The notes beneath the pieces were generated by a model. That model was given only the letters and a program-made list of their open reading frames with translations, was not told where the DNA came from and did not search any database. A stretch of 39,613 bases of DNA from a virus (Duplodnaviria > Caudoviricetes), in the IMG/VR virus record IMGVR_UViG_3300025723_000083, positions 1 to 39,613 of that record; one strand, given 5' to 3'. Below are positions 10,000 through 18,000 of this stretch, piece after piece. Position numbers and translations under genes: made by a program. The stretch's first letter is position 1, and each line of letters begins with the position of its first letter.

Positions 10000-12039
10000 A
10001 TGGCCGACGACGACTCCAAAACTGACAATAAGGGTGACTCGGAAGATGATCCCCATTCCTACATGGATGGAATGGATGGAGCCGCCGCTAACTCGGGGGT
10101 AACTCCAGCTCCTGCACCAGATCCAGTTGCCGCAGGTGCAGCGGCTATGGACTCTAGTTCAATAGCTCCCGTTTTGGTTTCGCCTTACACAATGGGGTCA
10201 GGTTATTTGACCAATCCGTCTACTAATAGGAACATTTCGCCGCCCACTCATACATTGGGGCAGGCGGTGGAAGCTCAAAACGTCTATGAAGATCCAAGTG
10301 CACCGCACTTGGTTACCCCATACACTATGGGAGCTGGGTATGTAGTTCCAACAAAACCATCTCCAATAAACCCCGCTTTACAAATCCAATCTGAGTTAAC
10401 CCCACTTTTACGTCCAAGTATCCCCGGCGCATTTGGCAAAACCGACTCTAGTGCACCGAGTGTTTTAAATTCCAGTTCTAGTGTTTTTGCTCCAGACCTA
10501 CCTGAGACTCAACCTCAGGCAAAACCATACGCAGAAGACTACACCAATACGGCGCTTAAAAACTTACAGGCACGGATTGATTACGATACGGCTCACGGGG
10601 TCAGCCAACAGGCAATCAACAATTACACGGAGCAAGCTTTAGGTGCGTTAAGGAATGTCCAAAATGTATTTGCCAGTAAACACCCCGAAGTCGCCCCATC
10701 CGTAGCGGGTCAAATGACGGGAATGACAGATGGTAATGGAAAACCATTACCCACGAGTTACGCCAATTTTACTGATACTCCGACAATTAACAACGATGGG
10801 TCAGTAACACAAAGCACTCCTTACGGGGATATAACGATTCGCCAAAACGGCCAGCCCAATAAGCCTTTGATTGCTGGCGGTACAATCAATGGCATTCCAT
10901 CCGAGCAAGCCAACCAGCAACTAGCCCAAAGTTTATTGCGGCAAGGTGTGATAGATCCAAACAGCCCTGCTGCCGTAATCAATTCGCAAATCAATCAAGC
11001 CATCAAGGCTGGTCAACCTTTTGACGATCTCTTGACCAAGAGGGATCAGATGTCTGGCGACCCCAACTTCAATCGGTCCTCAGTTACGGGTGCTGCACTG
11101 CCAACTGAAACTCAATACACTAACGCAAGCAAGCCTGCCCAATCTGGGGGAGCTACTCCATATGTCCTTCCTTCGGCCGAAGAGTTAATGAAAGGACGGT
11201 TTACTGACACAGGTAGGAAAGACGAGAACAGCCAAGAGGTTTATACGCCAAACGAACCGCAGGACAACTTTAGGGCAGATGTATTCACCAACAGAGCTTT
11301 GGAGCAGGCTCTTGGGCATGGAATCTCGAATCTGTACCCGCAAGAGAATGCTCAACTTGGCATCCAGCTTGCCAACGCCGCACAAAACAGGGCGAAAGTG
11401 ACGGGGGAGAAACCAGAAGATATTCTTGCTCGGTCGTTGAACATGGATAGCCAATCTCCGAACATCGAGAACCAGACTAAGTACCAGCTCGCCATGCAGG
11501 CGTTGAAGAACCCAGATCCCGCCGCAATGCTTGCCGCTGGAAGTTCGGTGATTACTCCGTTCTCAGGTGGTGGAGATAAATACCAAGAATCGCAAATTAA
11601 GAACGCTACCAAGAGCGTTAACGAATTGGATGCTACCGATAAGATTAGTCAGGCGTCTCAAAAAACCGCTCAACAGCTTTCCGCTGCAAAAGATAGAATG
11701 GAACTTCAAAGAGAAAAATTTGAAGCTTCTGCAGCTGGTAAAGAAGCCAACTCACTGGATAAGGAAGCTGAACAAATTAACTCCAGAATTGCTGCTCTTG
11801 AAGGCAAAGGAATCCAAACTGATTTTGATAAACAGCACCTAGCCACACTTCAATCGCAACACGATGCGAAAATCGCTCAAGCTTTGAAACTGAGGACAGA
11901 TGGGATTAGTCCAGACGATGACTCAGTAACACCTCAGCCTTCGGTTGTAGCACCTCCCAAAGCCGGGGACATTGTTAGAGGATTTCAGTTCAAGGGAGGG
12001 AACCCAAAAGACAAAGCTAACTGGACTCCCGTAACTTAA
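10000..12039 (+). CDS. putative DNA ejection/pilot protein
   Basis: 679 aa, Q/A-rich coiled coil; C-terminal PKAGDIVRGFQFKGGNPKDKANW motif, of a kind seen at the ends of phage ejection proteins. Confidence 0.6.
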   Translation: MADDDSKTDNKGDSEDDPHSYMDGMDGAAANSGVTPAPAPDPVAAGAAAMDSSSIAPVLVSPYTMGSGYLTNPSTNRNISPPTHTLGQAVEAQNVYEDPSAPHLVTPYTMGAGYVVPTKPSPINPALQIQSELTPLLRPSIPGAFGKTDSSAPSVLNSSSSVFAPDLPETQPQAKPYAEDYTNTALKNLQARIDYDTAHGVSQQAINNYTEQALGALRNVQNVFASKHPEVAPSVAGQMTGMTDGNGKPLPTSYANFTDTPTINNDGSVTQSTPYGDITIRQNGQPNKPLIAGGTINGIPSEQANQQLAQSLLRQGVIDPNSPAAVINSQINQAIKAGQPFDDLLTKRDQMSGDPNFNRSSVTGAALPTETQYTNASKPAQSGGATPYVLPSAEELMKGRFTDTGRKDENSQEVYTPNEPQDNFRADVFTNRALEQALGHGISNLYPQENAQLGIQLANAAQNRAKVTGEKPEDILARSLNMDSQSPNIENQTKYQLAMQALKNPDPAAMLAAGSSVITPFSGGGDKYQESQIKNATKSVNELDATDKISQASQKTAQQLSAAKDRMELQREKFEASAAGKEANSLDKEAEQINSRIAALEGKGIQTDFDKQHLATLQSQHDAKIAQALKLRTDGISPDDDSVTPQPSVVAPPKAGDIVRGFQFKGGNPKDKANWTPVT

Positions 12040-12046
12040 AAAAACT

Positions 12047-15000
12047 ATGTCCGACCTAATGCCTTGGGAACAGAATTATTCAGCTCCCCAAGCTGACAAA
12101 CCAACGGACACTTCAGATCTTCCGTGGAACCAAAATTACGCAACCCCAGAGGGATCGGCTGATTCAAACAATCAATCGGAAACTCTTGCACCCTTAGCTA
12201 CACCAACGGCAAATGATGATGGTGCTTTCTGGGCGGGAGCTAGGTCGGCAGCCCGAGCAATTTTACCGGGAATAGCTGGCACTGCCGCCGCTATACCTTC
12301 CGCTGCTCTTGGAGCTTTTGCCGGTCCAGTTGGAGCTGCGGCTGCAGGCGTAGGTGGTGCAGTCGCAGGGTCAACGCTTGCTGAAAAAATTCAAACAGGT
12401 CTTGCCGATCAAATTGCTCCTGATTCATTTCTTGGCTCCAAGCAAGCCGAAGAAGATCAAGCAAATCACCCAGTTGCTTCAACGCTGGGAGGTCTACTTG
12501 GATTTGGAAGGCCAAGCGTCAAGTCGGCCATGGGAGCTGGCGAGGCATTGCTTACAAAAGGCGGTCGGGAAAGTCTGGCTCTTGCCGCAAAAAATTCCGT
12601 TCCATTTACACAAGCAAGCAGAGACTTTGCAGAAGCCGCCGCCAAAAACCCAGCGGGGGTGGAGGCAAAGGCCGCAGAACGATTCAGCCATGTGGCTGGA
12701 GCTGCCGCTGGCGTTGGTGTTGGAACCGCTCAAGGAATCGCAGCTGGAGATAGCCCGTTGCAAGCCGCAGGAATGGGGGCACTTGGTCTTGGATTTGAGC
12801 CATGGGTCGGGCCGCACGTATTCACTGGTGCTGGAAATGGCCAAGGCTCCACCAAGAAAAGTAAGCTCGATGACCTGGCTAATCAGAAGGTTGATTCTCA
12901 ACAGACCCCGCCCGCTGGAGACACAACGGGTACGGAGACAAATGTTGAAGAGAATGCCGACAATACCGATGTAGATAAGGAGAGTCTCGACAACATCAAC
13001 GATTCGATCAATAAGGCAGATCCAGCCACCAAAGATCTGGCCAACAACTTGGCAGATAATTCATCCCCTCAAACAGCGGCAGCAGTAATCGCCGCTGGAA
13101 CAACTTCTGCTTCCACACCAGCTTCAGAAACTACTACGGATAAAACATCTGTGGTTCCAGAAGTAAAAGCAGAACCTGCCGCAACACTGCAACCCGGCAT
13201 CACTTTCGTCCCAAATGCTGAAGGTCAGGTTGCATCAACCACGACCGAACCTGCTACAGCGGCAACCACAATTGCTTCAGAGCCAGCGACCGAGACTGCT
13301 ACCCCAGCACCGAAGGTTCAAGTGGCTCAAGACCCAGTAGCCGTTGCCGAACAAGCTGGCAAAACCCCCATGGAGTTCTTGCAGGAGAAGCCAGTCCTTG
13401 CTCTTGCCGAAAACCGACCACTCATGCGCAGTGGCCTCAATGTTGATAAGAAAGAGAACGGCAAAACAATTTCCTCGTTGGCCAACATCCGTGACCACGC
13501 CATCCAGACAAACAATCCAGTGTTACTGGCTGCAGTGTATCACGAGATCACTGTACGGACGGCAAAGACTCCAAATTCCAACAATTCCAATTTTCAATTC
13601 GGGGTAATAAGAGCCTACGAGCAAATGACGGGTGAGAAGCCGCTCTTGCCTGCCGACTCACAGCTTAAAGTAAAAACAACGGAGAATGGCTTCCCCAGGG
13701 TAATGAAAGGAGGGCCAGGCTTTGACCTGTCGGCCTACCAGCGTTCCGTGGAGGCACCTGTTACTCCCGCCACAGAACAAACCCCAGCTCCAAAACCTGC
13801 CGCTGAAAAGACCCCCGAAGTAACTTTGCCCGAAGAGGAGTTAGAAAATACCGAGGTTCCAGAGGGTGCTTTCACCGACGAAGAACAACCTCCGACAGAA
13901 GAAATTACTACTGCCAAAACAGCGGTCTCTTACACAAACGAAGCCCAAAAATTAGCTGAAAAACAAGGGATCAATCTGGCAGACGTACAACCAAATGCCC
14001 AAGGCACGGTTACCAAGCGTGAAGTTGCAGCTCACATAAAAGCCAATCCCCCAGAGCCAACTCCTGTCTGGCACTACGAGACTCCAGAAGCAAAAAAGTT
14101 TTTTGAAAATTTTGACGATCTGCAAAAAAAATCGGAAGAGGCAAAGACCCCCGAAGAAAAACAACAATTTGATGATCAATTGTTATCGTTGAAATCGAAA
14201 GCTAGGCAAAACCCCGAGTTGTACACACGGTGGAACCTCAACAACCCTGCGGTCAGATCGTATGATCAAGCAGGCGTTGCAACAGGAATAGCAAAGCTGG
14301 GGGGAGCAACTTGGAAAAATACCAATAGCCAAGAGACGGGATCGATGAGGCTTCGTGAGGTCAATCTTGCAGACGGAAGCACGGCTTTTGTTGATTTGGA
14401 CACGCTCCCCGAGGCAGTTGCAGATTCAATAGCTTACCCCGACCAAAGAAACCTTTCGGAAATCTCCCGTAGAACGGGGCATACCACAAAAACACTCAGG
14501 ACTTGGGAATCCCAAGGTATGCCGGGGGATACCGAAGGAGCAATCAACTGGATTGAAAAACACCAAAGAGATAAAAAAATCGCTTCTCAATCCAAGGAGG
14601 GGAAAAAATCTGCTGCTTCCTTGGATGCTACTTTGGGGGATAGCACCGCTACAATCGGGGATACTTTTGTTGGAGAAAACCCTACAAAACTTTCTACAGA
14701 AAAAGAAACCTACAGCGATTCTATTGTTAATCGAGCGGTTGCTCACATGGCAAGAACCGACATTCCTTTGTCGGACAGGTTGGCAGTTGGGAGAAAATTA
14801 CTGCAAGAAATTGATAACGGAACCAATAACGGGTTTACCGATGATCATTATAAAATAATCAGTTCGGCTTTGGATAAGCTACAAAACAACGCCTTTAAAG
14901 CTACGGAAAAACCAGCCGAGACTGAAAACAACGAAGATAAACTCAAACGACTGCAAGAGGGACACGATGCAGTAAGGGACACAATAGAACATCTTCGATC

Positions 15001-18000
15001 TAAAGGGGAAGATGTGACTCTTAAACAAGTACAAGATTTGGGGCAGCAAATGGTGGACGAGGGAATCCTTCCCCCCGGAGCAAAAAAAGTATTGGAAAAA
15101 AGAAACAAAGAAAGAGAACTCTCCCCAGAGGATTTGCTGGATGAGTTAGATTCGATCCATCAAAAATCTCAACGGGAACTTGATCGTACACCGCAAGAAA
15201 AGATGTCCCCCGAGGACTACGCCGATTATTTGGAAAAACTGCCTGAAGCGGAACGAGACGAGATTCCCACAAACGAAAATTCCGAAGGATACAATTTGTG
15301 GGAGGCTAGGAAGTTAATTTCCAAACAAAAACCCAACCAAACAAAATTTAAAAAAGTTTCCATGGATAACAGCATGGAACTGCACAACGAGTTTACCCAC
15401 ATCGCCAATGTAGATGGGGAACCTTATGGTTTAACAAACGAACTCGAAGACCCAGACGACGAAAATGCGTTTGTTTGGGGATTCCGTAGGATAGGTGATC
15501 TGAACTCAGATATGGTTGAGACTCCTTGGGGCAAAGGCAGTGAGGACGAAGTGGTGAAGATGATGCAGGAAGACCTTCAAGATCACTTGCAGGGGGAGAG
15601 TGAAATAGAAAATCAAAAAACTCCAGAATCTGTAGAGGAGCCAAGTAAAGAAAAAGAAGAAGAAGCTCCAAAAGAAGATTACCAAAAATCCAGTGACAAG
15701 GCCGATGAGTTGTTGAAAGAAGGTTATGATGCCGAGCAGCTCATGGATCGTTTTCATGTAAACGGAGAAGGTCGTGATCCGCTCCGTAAATTCCGCACTG
15801 GCACCGAGCACCTGGAGAACGAAGAGCCGCCAGCCGATCAAGTCACCCGTGGAGAACCGATCCAAACTATGCACGCTGGTGATCTTCTTGATCGTATCCA
15901 GCAAGATTTACGGGAGCGTGATAGCAAAGGCGGGATCAAAGATCGTGCCGCTCTTTCGTTTTTACGAACCATTGCCGATGTCTTTGCAAAGAACCGGGCA
16001 AGGCTAGAAGCCATACCCACCGATATTTTTCATGAACTCGAAGAGGGAACCGCTGGCGAGTACGACAAGCAGACCAAACGTATCTCACTCCCACAGGACT
16101 TCGACAGCGAGACGGCTCTTCACGAAATTTTCCACGCCCTTACCCAAGGAGGTGGGTTCCATTCCGCAGAGATCAAGAGACTCTTCTTGAAAATCCGCAA
16201 TGAAGCAGTCAAGCGCGGTTTGACTTCCGAGGAGCAGTGGACTCGTGCGGCAAATCCCGATGTCCTAGACAAGACTGCCGACGACGAGTTTCACTATGCC
16301 TTTTCATCGCACGACGAAATGATTGCGGGTCTCTTGAATCCCGACATTCGAGAGGCGTTAAACGCCATTCCGTTGAGGGACGAGGTGACGGGCAAAATGT
16401 CCAACGCATGGGAGCAACTTAAACAAAAGTTCCTCCAGCTCCTTGGCTTCCGAGTCCAGTCTGGATCAGCCTTGGATCACTATTTGACCCATGTCATGGA
16501 GCTGGTCAAACCCAGTACCGGGTCGGGTAACAAAAATTATTATTCTGCTCAATCGAATAATACGCTTGACACAAAAGGGGGTAATAGTGTAGTATATGCG
16601 AATGATTATGTCAAAAAAGACCCTTACTTCGGATCACGGACCTCTATCATACGAGGATCGCAAGAAGGCGGACAAGGTGCGCTTGAGCAGACTCCACAAA
16701 TCCAGCGAAGCGCACGAGAAGTCGCTGATCGAGGCTCAAAAGTCCGAGATGCGTTACTTGCAGTCCTTGCCGACGAGAAGCTGGTTGGAAGAGATCTTTC
16801 TAAACGCACTGAAGCGCAAGTTCGCCAAGTAAGTAACGCGCTATCGCGCTCTCTAATAGCCCCAGAAGAGGAACTCTCTCTTGGGAAGACTACAAACGAA
16901 AAGCGACTTGCGGAAGCAATACGCAAATTCCGAGAGGTTGTTCCTCTTGTTCCGTCAGAAGAGATAGATCGCCTCACCCAGTCCGAGGCAGACTCGGGAC
17001 TGATGTTGGATCAAGTCCAAGAAATGTATGAAAATGGGGCTCTTAGCGACGATAAATATGCCAAAGTTTTAAATGAATTAGCTAGGCAAAACGGCATTAA
17101 ACTTGGGAACGACCTTGATGCGGGAGCAGAGATGCTTCGTAAACACTTGGAGAACCACCAGTCTTCGGGAGCAAAATGGGTGCTGGAAGGGGAAGGAGCG
17201 GAGTCGAAGGCATATAAAGACGACCACGGCGTAGTCTATAAACTATCTCCCATAAGACAAGATGTATTGGGGATAGACTTGATAAACAAGGGGGCGCTAA
17301 ATTTAACAGACCGTCAACCAAGTCTATTTGATAGGGATGGTAGAATTCCCCTTTTTGACCGATTGATTGCAGCTAATTCTATGCCCGGACATTCGCCTAC
17401 GGAGATTGCTGGAATTACTACAGATGGGCGGATCATCCTTAAACAACCTTATTTAGGGAGAGAAGAATCTGAGACAACCAATCTAGTGCAAGCGGCAATA
17501 GATTCTGGATTGGAGATATTGCCAACGCAGAAAGAAGACCCTCGATTCGGAGGAGATGTAAATACAACGCCGATTATGTTTACGATAGGTGGAGAGCCGT
17601 GGCTCGCGTTGGACTACAACTCCCGAAACGCTCGATCTGTAGAAGGGAGATCAGTGCCTTTCGACTTGGTTTTCAAAAAACTTACCGCCAAGGAAATTGC
17701 GGCAAACAAAGACTTAAAGATTGCCGCTGATAAATTACAAAAAAACACCCTCAACTCAATTGCTCTTCGTTCAGTTAAATTCCGTAAAGCAACTACGGCT
17801 GGGGCAAATGACGCAGAACGTGAAATAGATCCCACTCGTCCAGCTCCTTTCTACAACTCTTCCACAAATGTGGAGACCACACAAAAAATGTCCGATTACA
17901 TCAATAGTGTGGGTACGGATGCCGCATACGAAAATTTGGTGAAGTACGCCAAAGACCCGACTATGGCCAGGGCACATGGATACGAAGAGAACGAAGTTCG

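Noticed and set aside
12354-12974. 206-aa +1-frame ORF in the giant gene
   Set aside because: Its L/Q/P-rich sequence is typical of a shifted Ala/Gly-rich region, and it has no promoter or ATG context, unlike the 16602 ORF.
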